Position numbers and translations under genes: made by a program. The notes beneath the pieces were generated by a model, which made no database searches, was not told where the DNA came from, and worked only from the letters and a program-made list of their open reading frames with translations. From positions 15,290 through 79,289 of the forward strand of contig JASBRS010000076.1 in NCBI GenBank assembly GCA_030149325.1: a stretch of DNA of 64,000 nt, in the 5' to 3' direction. The stretch is from Deinococci bacterium. GTDB lineage: Bacteria > Deinococcota > Deinococci > Deinococcales > Trueperaceae. This document shows positions 33,827-42,572 of this stretch, in pieces; the first letter of the stretch is position 1, and each line of letters starts with the position of its first letter.

Positions 33827-34998
33827 TGGCCGGGGTCCTGGAGCACCTGGCCGGCAACGCCGTCGTGGGCATCCTGGTGTATCAGGTCGTGGTCGTGCTC
33901 CTGGTCGCCAGCAACGCCTTGGTGCTGCGGCGCCCCGCACGGGACCTCGGCGGCCCCACGCCGCGCGTGTCGCTGCTCGTCCCCGCCCGCAACGAAGCGC
34001 GGAACGTGGAAGCGTGCGTGAGATCGCTGCTGGCCCAGACCTATCCCGACCTCGAGATCCTCGTTCTCGACGATCGCTCGGACGACGGGACCCGGGAGCT
34101 GCTTGCGGCCGAGCGCGCGCGCCACGCTCGGCTCGTCGTCCTCTATGGCGCGGAGCCGAGCGACGGCTGGACCGGCAAGAGCTGGGCCTGCCACCAGCTC
34201 GCACTCGCAGCGACCGGCGAGGTCCTGCTGTTCGCCGACGCCGACACCGTCTTCGAGGCGCCCGACGCCGTCACGAGGATCGTCCGGACGCTGCAGGCGA
34301 GCCGGGCCGACCTCCTCTCCGGCCTCCCGCGGCAGGTCCTGGGGACGCCGGGCGAGGCCCTCCTCGTCCCCATGCTCTACTGGTCGCTGCTGTCGTTCAC
34401 GCCGCTGGCCGTGCAGCTCCTGTGGCGCCGCGCGCCGTTCGCGCGCGCCGTCGGTCAACTCATGGCCTTCCGGCGGACCGCCTACGCCGCCGTCGGCGGC
34501 CACGCGGCCGTCCGGCACAGCGTCGTCGACGACATCGGCCTGGCCCGTCGGGTCGCCCGTGCGGGTCTCGCGTGTCGCCTCATGGACGCCACCTCGCTCG
34601 TGAGCTGTCGCATGTACCGCAGCGGGCGCGAGGCCGCGGCGGGCTTCGCCAAGAACCTCTTCGCCGCCTTCGACCACGCACTCCTGCCGTACCTCTTCGT
34701 GTGGGGCTGGCTCGGCTTCGCCGTCCTCGAACCGATCTCCATGGGGCTGCTGCATGTCGCGTTCCCGGCCACCGTGCCGCTCGAGCCCGGCCTGCTCATC
34801 GCCACCGTCGCGCTCTCGCTGGCCCACTGGGGCCTGGTCCTGGCGCGGTCGCGGCTGCCGATCTGGCTGGCCCTGCTGTATCCGGTGTCGATGTTGGCGT
34901 TCCTGACGGTGGCGGTCCGCTCGCTCGTCGACAGCCTCCTCCACCGGACGACGTGGAAGGGCCGGCCCGTGACGCGCCGGCCCACGCGCTCGACGTAG
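33826..34998 (+). CDS. family-2 glycosyltransferase of the CrtQ/HpnB-like (lipid/terpenoid acceptor) type with C-terminal TM helices
   Basis: RVSLLVPARNEARNVEACVRSLLAQTYPDLEILVLDDRSDDGT ... PSDGWTGKSWACHQLALAATGEVLLFADADT ... VVDDIGLARRV ... RMYRSG. One N-terminal and several C-terminal TM helices. The start ATG shares its A with the plsY TGA (TGATG). Confidence 0.8.
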   Translation: MAGVLEHLAGNAVVGILVYQVVVVLLVASNALVLRRPARDLGGPTPRVSLLVPARNEARNVEACVRSLLAQTYPDLEILVLDDRSDDGTRELLAAERARHARLVVLYGAEPSDGWTGKSWACHQLALAATGEVLLFADADTVFEAPDAVTRIVRTLQASRADLLSGLPRQVLGTPGEALLVPMLYWSLLSFTPLAVQLLWRRAPFARAVGQLMAFRRTAYAAVGGHAAVRHSVVDDIGLARRVARAGLACRLMDATSLVSCRMYRSGREAAAGFAKNLFAAFDHALLPYLFVWGWLGFAVLEPISMGLLHVAFPATVPLEPGLLIATVALSLAHWGLVLARSRLPIWLALLYPVSMLAFLTVAVRSLVDSLLHRTTWKGRPVTRRPTRST

Positions 34999-35036
34999 CT
35001 GGGCGTGGGGTCGGGGATGCCGGGCGTGCCCTCGTG

Positions 35037-35936
35037 TCAGGCCTCCGTCGCCGCCTCGGCCAGCACCTCGCGCAACACGTGCCGCGCGCTCGCGGCCAGG
35101 GCCGGGTTGGTGGTGCGGTAGTAGGGCAGTTGGATGAGCGCGATCGACAGCGCCCAACCGCGCCCGCGGCGCCAGGTCGCATCGTCGACCCGGAGCGCCT
35201 CGCGCAGGGCCTCGCGGCCGGCGCTCGGCAGCAGCGTCCAGGCGATCAGCAGGTCCACCGCCGGGTCGCCGACGCCCAGCCCGCCGAAGTCGATGACCGC
35301 CGACAGGCGGCCCCCGCGGCACAGCAGGTTCCCCGGCGCCAGGTCGCCGTGGATCCACACCGGCGCCCGCGCCCACGGCGCCACCGCCAGCGCCGACTCC
35401 CAGGCGGCGTGCACCGCCCTCGCATCGATCGACCCTCCTAGCTCGGCGATGGCGGCCCGCGTGGAGGCGTCGCGTTCGATGAGGGTCCCGCCGCGGCTCG
35501 CGCGCGGCGCGCCGGCGACGTCGATACGCTGGAGCGCCGCCACGAAGGCCGCCACGTCACGCGCCAAGGCGACCGGATCCGCCACCGCCCCCACACGCGG
35601 GTTGTCCCCCTCCAGCCAGCCGTACACCGACCACGGGTAGGGGTAGTCCTCCCCCGGCTCGCCCCGCGCCAAGGGCACGGGGATCGCGACCGGCAGGTGC
35701 GGAGCCAGCAGCGGCAGCCAGCGCTGCTCCTTGGCGACGTCGTCGACCGCCCAGTGGATGCGCGGCAGACGCACCACCAGGTGGGCTCCGAGCCGGAACA
35801 GGGCGTTGTCGGTGCCTGCCGACGGCACCGGCTCCAGCGCCAGGTCGGCCCACGCCGGGAACTGGCGCGCCAGCAGCCGCCGTACCCGTGCGCGGTCGAT
35901 CCCGACCTCGCTGTCGTGCATCGGTCCGGGCGTCAT
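35037..35936 (-). CDS. aminoglycoside/choline-kinase-like phosphotransferase (APH family)
   Basis: GTDNALFRLGAHLVVRLP ... WIHGDLAPGNLLCRGGRLSAVIDFGGLGVGDPAVDL, which carries the Brenner motif HGDxxxxN and the DFG-like IDFG. Confidence 0.85.
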   Translation of the reverse strand: MTPGPMHDSEVGIDRARVRRLLARQFPAWADLALEPVPSAGTDNALFRLGAHLVVRLPRIHWAVDDVAKEQRWLPLLAPHLPVAIPVPLARGEPGEDYPYPWSVYGWLEGDNPRVGAVADPVALARDVAAFVAALQRIDVAGAPRASRGGTLIERDASTRAAIAELGGSIDARAVHAAWESALAVAPWARAPVWIHGDLAPGNLLCRGGRLSAVIDFGGLGVGDPAVDLLIAWTLLPSAGREALREALRVDDATWRRGRGWALSIALIQLPYYRTTNPALAASARHVLREVLAEAATEA

Positions 35937-36016
35937 GGAGGTCCCTCCCTCCCCGGCTTGCTCACGGTCGGAGCCGCCAACCCGGACGATACGATGGGCC
36001 GACCGGGGAGGACAGC

Positions 36017-36425
36017 ATGAGCGACCGAAGCAAGGCCCCCGACGCCCGCCGGGTGGCGCTCGTCACGGGCGGCGCGAGCGGCATCGGGCTGGCCTGCGCC
36101 CGCGCGCTCGCGGACGCCGGGCACGGTGTCGCCATCGTGGACGTCGACGAGGCGCGCGGCCCCGAACGGGCGGCGGAGCTCGGCGCCACCTTCGTCCAGG
36201 CCGACCTCGCCAGCCGCGAAGGGTGCCGCATCGTCCACATGGGCAGCGCCCACAGCCTCACCGCCAGCCCCTACAAGGGCGGAAGGTGTTCCTGAGAACG
36301 TGGCCATCAAGCGCATGCTCGAGCCCGAGGACGTCGCGAGCTTCGTGGCCGTCCTGGCGAGCGAGGCCGCCTGGGGGATCACCGGCAGCGTGCAGACCAT
36401 CGACCAGGGGTGGAGCGCCCGCTAG
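36017..36425 (+). pseudogene. relic of a 3-hydroxybutyrate-dehydrogenase-like SDR (two internal deletions plus a frameshift)
   Basis: Frame A (36017-36295) reads MSDRSKAPDARRVALVTGGASGIGLACARALADAGHGVAIVDVD...FVQADLASREGC, joined directly to RIVHMGSAHSLTASPYKG and then a stop. Frame B (to 36425) reads ...VPENVAIKRMLEPEDVASFVAVLASEAAWGITGSVQTIDQGWSAR. The three pieces total only ~135 codons, against the ~250-260 aa of an SDR. The NNAG region and the YxxxK-to-substrate-loop region are missing. Confidence 0.6.
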
Positions 36426-36518
36426 CTCCCGGTCACGCCCGATCGACGCGGGCCGGCCGCCTCGACGCCGGTCGCCGCCCGGACCCCGACCCGCGCCGGC
36501 GTGCCGTAGGGTGGGGGC

Positions 36519-36932
36519 GTGAACGACGATCTCCCGACCCCCGCCGTCGATCTCGACGATCCGGCCGTGAAGGAGCGCCTCGCGCCCGACGCCTACCGGG
36601 TCCTGCGTCACGAGGCCACCGAGCGGCCGGGCAGCAGCCCGCTCAACCACGAGTGGCGCTCGGGCACCTACGTGTGCGCCGCCTGCGGGCACCCGCTCTT
36701 CCGCAGCGACGTGAAGTTCGACGCCCACTGCGGCTGGCCGTCGTTCTCGGAGGCCCTCCCGGGCGCGTTCGAGACCAAGACCGACCACCACATCGGCTAC
36801 CCCCGCACCGAGTACCACTGTGCCAACTGCGGCGGGCACCACGGTCACGTCTTCCCCGACGGGCCCCAGCCCACGGGGCTGCGCTACTGCAGCAACGGGA
36901 TCGCCCTGCGCTTCGTCCCCGACGAGGGCTGA
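36519..36932 (+). CDS. msrB: peptide-methionine (R)-S-oxide reductase
   Basis: YRVLRHEATERPGSSPLNHEWRSGTYVCAACGHPLFRSDVKFDAHCGWPSF ... YHCANCGGHHGHVFPDGP.PTGLRYCSNGIAL. Contains two CxxC zinc motifs and the catalytic RYC. Confidence 0.9.
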   Translation: MNDDLPTPAVDLDDPAVKERLAPDAYRVLRHEATERPGSSPLNHEWRSGTYVCAACGHPLFRSDVKFDAHCGWPSFSEALPGAFETKTDHHIGYPRTEYHCANCGGHHGHVFPDGPQPTGLRYCSNGIALRFVPDEG

Positions 36933-37036
36933 CGTACCTTCACCCCCGAGGCCCGTCCGCGTCTCCATCCACGGCGCGCCCGCCGAGTCGCTCGTGACCG
37001 GGCGGGCGGGCTAACGACCGCACCGGCCGCGAGGCC

Positions 37037-37711
37037 TCAGCCCTCCCCCTCGAGGACGGCTCGGAGCCCCAGCAGGTCGTAGCTCGTCTCCCCCGCCCGC
37101 AGGCGCTCCTGCAGCTCGTCCTCGTGGGCGGCTCGAGCGCGCGCCGCCACCAGCACCGCGGGCGCCCGCCTGCGTTCGACCACCACGGCTCCGTCGCCGT
37201 CCAGCACCACCACGTCGCCGGGGCGGACGGTCGCGCCGCCCACCTCCAGGGGGACGTCGAGACCCCCCACCCCGGTCTTGCTCGCGCCGCGTACGCGCAC
37301 GAACCGTGCCCAGATCGGCAGACCCAGCCTGACCAGCTCGTCGACGTCGCGCACCGCGGCGTCGACCAGGATCGCGGCGGCGCCGCGCTGCTGCGCCTGC
37401 GTCGCCAGCAGGTCCCCCACCAGGGCGACCGGGCCGGGCTCGGGCATGGCCAGCACCACCACCTCGCCCGGCCGCACCCGCTCCATCGCCGCATGGACCA
37501 TGAGGTTGTCGTCCTGGCCGCACAGCACGGTGCGGGCGGGACCGGCCGCGCGGCTCCCGACCAGCAGGCGACGCAACGGGACGTCGATCAGCCCCGTCCG
37601 GCCGGAGGCCTCGTAGACGGTGGCGGTGCCGAGCCGGGCCAGCTCGCCGAGCATGGCCGGGTCGGTGGCGGCCTGGCCGGCCGCGCCGCGAGGTCGATCG
37701 TCACGGGTCAT
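37037..37711 (-). CDS. RraA-family protein (4-hydroxy-4-methyl-2-oxoglutarate aldolase/oxaloacetate decarboxylase-like)
   Basis: LGTATVYEASGRTGLID ... PGEVVVLAMPEPGPVALVGDLLATQAQQRGAAAILVDAAVRDVDEL...LPIWARFVRVRGASK ... VRPGDVVVLDGDGAVVV. Confidence 0.8.
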   Translation of the reverse strand: MTRDDRPRGAAGQAATDPAMLGELARLGTATVYEASGRTGLIDVPLRRLLVGSRAAGPARTVLCGQDDNLMVHAAMERVRPGEVVVLAMPEPGPVALVGDLLATQAQQRGAAAILVDAAVRDVDELVRLGLPIWARFVRVRGASKTGVGGLDVPLEVGGATVRPGDVVVLDGDGAVVVERRRAPAVLVAARARAAHEDELQERLRAGETSYDLLGLRAVLEGEG

Positions 37712-37809
37712 GGGCCCTCCTCCTCGTTCCGTCGGTGCTCCGCTCCGGAGGATAGCCCGCGGCGGGCGGGACGCCCCACGACTCCGACCCCGACAGCCTA
37801 CAGTGGGCC

Positions 37810-38790
37810 ATGCGCATCGTCTCGCACGATCAGGTGCTCGAGCTGCTCGAGCCCGACGCCGCCGAGGGCCTCATGCGGACCGCCCTCGTCGCCGCCTCGC
37901 GCGGCGAGGTGGAGCTGCCCCTGCGCAGCGTGATGCCGCTCTCCGACGGCCGCGGGGTGCTGGCCTGGATGCCCGCGCACGCCGCAGGGCTCGGCGCGCT
38001 CGGCGCGAAGGCGATCAGCGTCTTCCCCGGCAACGCCGCCCGCGGCCTCGACGCTCACCAGGGCGCGGTCCTGCTCTTCGATCCCCAGGACGGACGTCTG
38101 CTGGCCGCGGTCGACGCCTCGGCCATCACCGCCGTCCGCACCGCCGCCGCATCGGCCCTGGCGACGCGGCTGCTGGCGCGTCCCGAGGCGGCCACCCTGG
38201 CGCTGCTCGGCAGCGGCGTCCAGGCACGTGCCCACCTCGACGCGCTGCTCCGGGTGCGGGCGTTCACGCGGGTCCGGGTGTGGAGCCGCACGCCGGCGCA
38301 CGCCGAGGCCTTCGCGCGCTGGGCGCTGGAGCGCACGGGGCTCGAGGTCGCGACCTGCGCGGGCGCGGAGGAGGCGGTGCGGGGCAGCGACGTGGTGTGC
38401 ACCGTCACCTCGGCCCGAACGCCGGTGCTGGAGGGGGCATGGCTCGAGCCCGGCTGCCACGTCAACGCCGTGGGCGCCTCGCGCCCCGACGCGCGCGAGC
38501 TCGACGGCGCGGCGGTGGCGCGGGCGCGCATCTTCACCGACCGGCGCGCCTCGCTCGAGAACGAGTCGGCCGACTTCCGGGCGGCGCTCGCCGAGGGGCT
38601 CCTGGAGGACGTCCCCGCCGTCGCCGAGCTCGGCGAGGTGGCAGCCGGCACCGCCCAGGGCCGGCGGTCCACGGAGGAGATCACCCTGTTCGAGTCGTTC
38701 GGCCTCGCCATCGAGGACGTGGTGACCGCGAGCTACGTGGTGGAGCGGGCGCAACGCCAGGGGGTGGGGACGGTGGTCGATCTGGCGTGA
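37810..38790 (+). CDS. ornithine cyclodeaminase / mu-crystallin family (ketimine reductase-like) protein
   Basis: LGAKAISVFPGN ... HQGAVLLFDPQDGRLLAAVDASAITAVRTAAASALATRLLARPEA.TLALLGSGVQARAHL ... VCTVTSARTPVLEGAWLEPGCHVNAVGA. Confidence 0.85.
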   Translation: MRIVSHDQVLELLEPDAAEGLMRTALVAASRGEVELPLRSVMPLSDGRGVLAWMPAHAAGLGALGAKAISVFPGNAARGLDAHQGAVLLFDPQDGRLLAAVDASAITAVRTAAASALATRLLARPEAATLALLGSGVQARAHLDALLRVRAFTRVRVWSRTPAHAEAFARWALERTGLEVATCAGAEEAVRGSDVVCTVTSARTPVLEGAWLEPGCHVNAVGASRPDARELDGAAVARARIFTDRRASLENESADFRAALAEGLLEDVPAVAELGEVAAGTAQGRRSTEEITLFESFGLAIEDVVTASYVVERAQRQGVGTVVDLA

Positions 38791-38801
38791 CGCGGGTGCG
38801 G

Positions 38802-39452
38802 CTAGTGCCGCCGGCTGAGCGCCAGGGCGATGCCCAGGCCGATCATCACCGAACCGCTGCCCACGTCCAGTGCCTGGCGGCGCCGGCGCGAACGCGCCAG
38901 CCAGGTGCGAGCCGTGCCCGCCGCGAGCGCCCACAGGCTGTCCGACACCAGCGCGATGGCCACGAACACCAGCCCCAGCACCAGCATCTGCAGCGCCACC
39001 GGCTGCGCGCCGGGCTGCACGAACTGCGGCAGCACCGCCGCGAAGAACACGGTGGTCTTGGGGTTGGTCGCACCGACGATGAAGCCCTCGCGGGCGGCAC
39101 GGGCGGCGACGCCCGGCGCAGGCACGGCGGGCGTAGGGGTGGCGACCTCGAGCGTACGGCCGCCCCGGCGCAGCGTCTGCACGCCCAGCCACACCAGGTA
39201 GACCGCTCCCAGCAGCTTCACCGCCGAGAAGGCGAGCTCGGAACGCTCCACCACCAGGCCCAGGCCGAAGGCGACCAGGGTGAGCTGCAGGTACTCGCCG
39301 GCGGCGTTGCCGAGCACCGTGGCCAGCGCCGCCCGCCGCCCCACGGCCAGCGCCCGCCCGACCACGAACAGCACGCTCGGGCCCGGCACCACGATGATGG
39401 CGAAGGCGAGCAGCGCGAAGGCGACGGCGTGCTCCAGGCTCATGGCGCCCAT
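38802..39452 (-). CDS. LysE/RhtB-family amino-acid exporter
   Basis: FALLAFAIIVVPGPSVLFVVGRALAVGRRAALATVLGNAAGEY ... YLVWLGVQTLR ... GATNPKTTVFFAAVLPQFV. About 6 TM helices. Confidence 0.85.
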   Translation of the reverse strand: MGAMSLEHAVAFALLAFAIIVVPGPSVLFVVGRALAVGRRAALATVLGNAAGEYLQLTLVAFGLGLVVERSELAFSAVKLLGAVYLVWLGVQTLRRGGRTLEVATPTPAVPAPGVAARAAREGFIVGATNPKTTVFFAAVLPQFVQPGAQPVALQMLVLGLVFVAIALVSDSLWALAAGTARTWLARSRRRRQALDVGSGSVMIGLGIALALSRRH

Positions 39453-39476
39453 CCTCGCATGCGCCGGCGGCTTGGG

Positions 39477-40376
39477 CTAGCGCCTCGCCGCCACCACCAG
39501 CACCACCCCGGCCAGCACCACGCCGGTGCCGAGCAGTTCGATCGGCGTCAGGTGCTCGCCGCCCAAGGCCATCCCCAGCAGCACCGCGATGGCGGGGTTG
39601 ACGTAGGCGTAGGAGGTCATCAACGCCGGCCGCACGCGTTCGTTCAGCAGGTAGACGTAGGCGCTGAACCCCAGCAGCGAACCGAACACCGCCAGGTAGG
39701 CCAGCGCCGCCCAGGCGGTGGGCCCCGGCGCCTCCAGCAGCCGCTCGCCACGCAGCAGGCCCAGCGGCAACAGCACCGCGCCCGCCGCCGCCATCTGGAC
39801 GACCGTCGCCATGGCACCCCGGGCGTGCGGGATGCGCGTGTTCAGCGCCGAGCCCAGGGCCCATAGCATCGGCCCGGTGAGGAGCAGCACCACCGCCAGC
39901 GGGTGCCCCCCGATCGAGCCGCCGCGGCTCAGCAGCACCACCCCGCCCAGCCCCACCAGCATCGCCACGATCTCGAGCCGGGTGGTGCGCTCGCCCATCA
40001 GCCCCACGAAGAGGCTGAGCCACAACGGCATGGCGGCGACCATGACGGCGGCCAGCCCCGACGGGGCACCCAGGCTCTCGGCCACCGACACGTTGCCCAT
40101 GCCGCCGATGAGCAGCAGCAGGCCCACCACGGCCGATCCCAGCGCCTCCTTCGGGCTCGGCCAGGGCACCCCGCGGAGCTTCAGGAAGGCCGCCAGCAGC
40201 AGCGACGCCGCCGCGAAGCGGATCGACAGCATCAGGTAGGGCGGGAAGCCCGCCACGGCGAACTTGATGCCGAGGTAGGTGGAGCCCCACACCAGGTAGA
40301 GCACCCCCAGCGCGAGCGCGATGTCGAGCCTCACGGGGCCGGGGGCGAGCTTGGCGGGGGCGGTGGACCGGCGCAT
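39477..40376 (-). CDS. EamA/DMT-family transporter
   Basis: Trimmed to ATG 40376 (MRRSTAPAKLAPGPVRLDIALALGVLYLVWGSTYLGIKFAV...). Ten hydrophobic spans and two EamA repeats. Confidence 0.85.
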   Translation of the reverse strand: MRRSTAPAKLAPGPVRLDIALALGVLYLVWGSTYLGIKFAVAGFPPYLMLSIRFAAASLLLAAFLKLRGVPWPSPKEALGSAVVGLLLLIGGMGNVSVAESLGAPSGLAAVMVAAMPLWLSLFVGLMGERTTRLEIVAMLVGLGGVVLLSRGGSIGGHPLAVVLLLTGPMLWALGSALNTRIPHARGAMATVVQMAAAGAVLLPLGLLRGERLLEAPGPTAWAALAYLAVFGSLLGFSAYVYLLNERVRPALMTSYAYVNPAIAVLLGMALGGEHLTPIELLGTGVVLAGVVLVVAARR

Positions 40377-40546
40377 GGGGACCAGTCTACGCACGCCGCT
40401 CGCGGTCTGCCGACGTCCGCCGAGACAGGGGCTCCGGCATCGTCGCCGGCCGGGCACCATCGCGCCGACATCCGTACCCGGACCCTCGCCCGGCCGGCCC
40501 TATCATCGAGGCGAGGGTCTCGACGCGGCCGCGAGGAGGTGGGACG

Positions 40547-40987
40547 ATGCACGTCCCCGAGTACGTGACGAAGGACGAGGTCCGGAGGGTCTGCCGGGAG
40601 CTGAGCATCAGCGACTGGAGCGCCAAGGACGACGACAGCGTCGACCGGTTCGAGGCCGAGATCATCCTGCGCGCGGTGAACACCGCTGGCCTGCCGATCG
40701 GCCTCGAAGCCTTCGTCGAGGGGTTGCGGGTCGAGCTCGAGCACGGCACCCGCTTCGGCGACGCCAACGTCACCAACAACCACCCCCTGCTGACGGGCCG
40801 GATCGTGCTCGCCCACCTGTACGAGTCGATGGACTACTACGAGCGCATCGCCGTGATGGAGCTCGAGGGTGACCTGGCCAGGGCCATCGGAGAGGGCGAC
40901 GCCGAGCGCACCCGGCGGCTCCTCCGCCGGCTGATCGAGGCCCGCCAGCACCGCGATCGCGCCGTCCTGGCGGCGCTCGGCGACTAG
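40547..40987 (+). CDS. conserved hypothetical protein (VELEHG...AHL...YY motif protein)
   Basis: 146 aa, with GGAGGTGGG upstream of the ATG. The segment FVEGLRVELEHGTRFGDANVTNNHPLLTGRIVLAHLYESMDYYERIAVME resembles a small domain of unknown function that I recall from bacterial and phage proteins. No function is inferable. Confidence 0.5.
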   Translation: MHVPEYVTKDEVRRVCRELSISDWSAKDDDSVDRFEAEIILRAVNTAGLPIGLEAFVEGLRVELEHGTRFGDANVTNNHPLLTGRIVLAHLYESMDYYERIAVMELEGDLARAIGEGDAERTRRLLRRLIEARQHRDRAVLAALGD

Positions 40988-42471
40988 CCGGCGGATACGT
41001 CCGGCCGCGGCGCACTCCGATCCGGAACGGCCTCGGCACGGACCGCCACCGCGCGCAGCATCGCCGGGAAGATGAGCCGGTGGAAGGGGTACAGGCTCCA
41101 CCAGTAGGCGAAGCCTGCCAGGCCGTGCGGCTCGAAGTAGGCGGTCTGCGTGAGGCGGCAGGACGACGGGCCCAAGGCGTGCAGGTCGTAGCGGAGCCAG
41201 GCCCTGCCGGGGAGCTTCATCTCCGCGCGCAGTTGCAGGTGGGAGGGCGCCTCCACCGACTCCACGCGCCAGAAGTCGAGCGGGTCGCCGGGCAGCAGGT
41301 CGTCGGGGTCGCGCCGGCCGCGCCGCATGCCGACGCCGCCGCGTAGCCGATCGATCGCCCCCCGCAGGTGCCAGAGGCGGTCGTAGGCATACCAACCGCG
41401 TGCCCCACCCTGTGCCGCCAGGACCTCGAAGGTCCGCTCGGCGGGGGCGGCTACCGCTCGCGAGCGTCGATCGACGAGCATCCCCTCGGTGTCGTGGAGC
41501 CGGTCGGGGGGCGGGGTCCCGCGGGGCACGGCCGAGAGGCTGTCGCTCCACAGCGTGGCCACCGCGCCCTGCCGCGTGCGGTCCAGCGCGATCTCCACCG
41601 CTTCGCGGTACGGGGTCGGCGGCACGCCGTAGGCGCGGGCGGGCCCGTGGTCGCGCACGATGACCTCGGAGGCCAGCCCCTCGATGAGCGGTCGCGCGAT
41701 GGCGGCAGGCACCGGCGTGACCAGGTTCACCCAGTACGAGGAGAGGCGGGGGCTGAGCACCGGGACCGGCAGCAGCCAGCGACGCAACCCCCGCACGGCG
41801 GCGTAGCCGAGCATCAGCTCGCGGTAGCTGAGCACCTCCGGCCCGCCGATCTCGACGATGGCGTGGCCGGCCGCGGGCCGCTCGACGGCGGCCAGCAGGT
41901 AGCTCAGCACGTCGCGCACCGCGATGGGCTGCACGCGGGTCTCGACCCAGCGGGGCGTCACCATGACCGGCAGGCGCTCGGTCAGGTAGCGGATCATCTC
42001 GAACGACAGCGAGCCCGACCCCACGATGACGGCCGCGCGGAACTCGGTGACGGCCACGCCGGCGCGCGCCAGCTCGCGCCCGGTCTCCTGGCGCGACGCC
42101 AGGTGGCGCGACAGCGGTGCGCTCGGGTCGCCCAGCCCTCCCAGGTAGACGATGTGGCGCACCCCGGCACGCGCAGCGGCCTCCCCGAAGCCGCGGGCGG
42201 CGATACGATCGCGGTCCTCGAAGCCGTGCTCCGAGGCGCCCATCGAGTGCACCAGGTAGGCGGCGACGTCGCATCCCCGGAGGGCCGGCTCGAGGCCCGC
42301 GGGGTCCAGGACATCGGCCCGCACGACCTCCACGCGCTCGCGCCACGGCCGCGCCGCCAGCCGCTCGGGCTCCCGCACCAGGCAGCGCACCACGTGCCCG
42401 GCGTCGAGCAGCCTCGGCACCAGGCGCCCGCCGATGTACCCGGTGGCGCCCGTCACGGCGATCGTCGCCAT
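40984..42471 (-). CDS. NAD(P)H-binding atypical SDR (NmrA-like) fused to a DUF2867/SRPBCC-like C-terminal domain
   Basis: The N-terminus MATIAVTGATGYIGGRLVPRLLDAGHVVRCLVR is a Rossmann fold. The C-terminal ~170 aa (WYAYDRLWHLRGAIDRLRGGVGMRRGRRDP..L.PGD.LDFWRVE...L.L.AEMKLPGRAWL) match the pattern I associate with DUF2867. Confidence 0.75.
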   Translation of the reverse strand: MATIAVTGATGYIGGRLVPRLLDAGHVVRCLVREPERLAARPWRERVEVVRADVLDPAGLEPALRGCDVAAYLVHSMGASEHGFEDRDRIAARGFGEAAARAGVRHIVYLGGLGDPSAPLSRHLASRQETGRELARAGVAVTEFRAAVIVGSGSLSFEMIRYLTERLPVMVTPRWVETRVQPIAVRDVLSYLLAAVERPAAGHAIVEIGGPEVLSYRELMLGYAAVRGLRRWLLPVPVLSPRLSSYWVNLVTPVPAAIARPLIEGLASEVIVRDHGPARAYGVPPTPYREAVEIALDRTRQGAVATLWSDSLSAVPRGTPPPDRLHDTEGMLVDRRSRAVAAPAERTFEVLAAQGGARGWYAYDRLWHLRGAIDRLRGGVGMRRGRRDPDDLLPGDPLDFWRVESVEAPSHLQLRAEMKLPGRAWLRYDLHALGPSSCRLTQTAYFEPHGLAGFAYWWSLYPFHRLIFPAMLRAVAVRAEAVPDRSAPRPDVSAG

Positions 42472-42572
42472 GCCCCAGCATGCACCGCTCGCCGGCGCAA
42501 CACCGCGACGGGACGCGGCATCGACGGTGACCGAGCGGCGCCGGTCGCGGACGGTCGGGCTACGATGGAGCC

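Noticed and set aside
40377-40546. 9-bp inverted repeat ACCCTCGCC-N19-GGCGAGGGT upstream of the hypothetical gene at 40547
   Set aside because: It has a large loop, occurs once, and lies in an ordinary divergent promoter region. The evidence is insufficient to call it an operator or a riboswitch.
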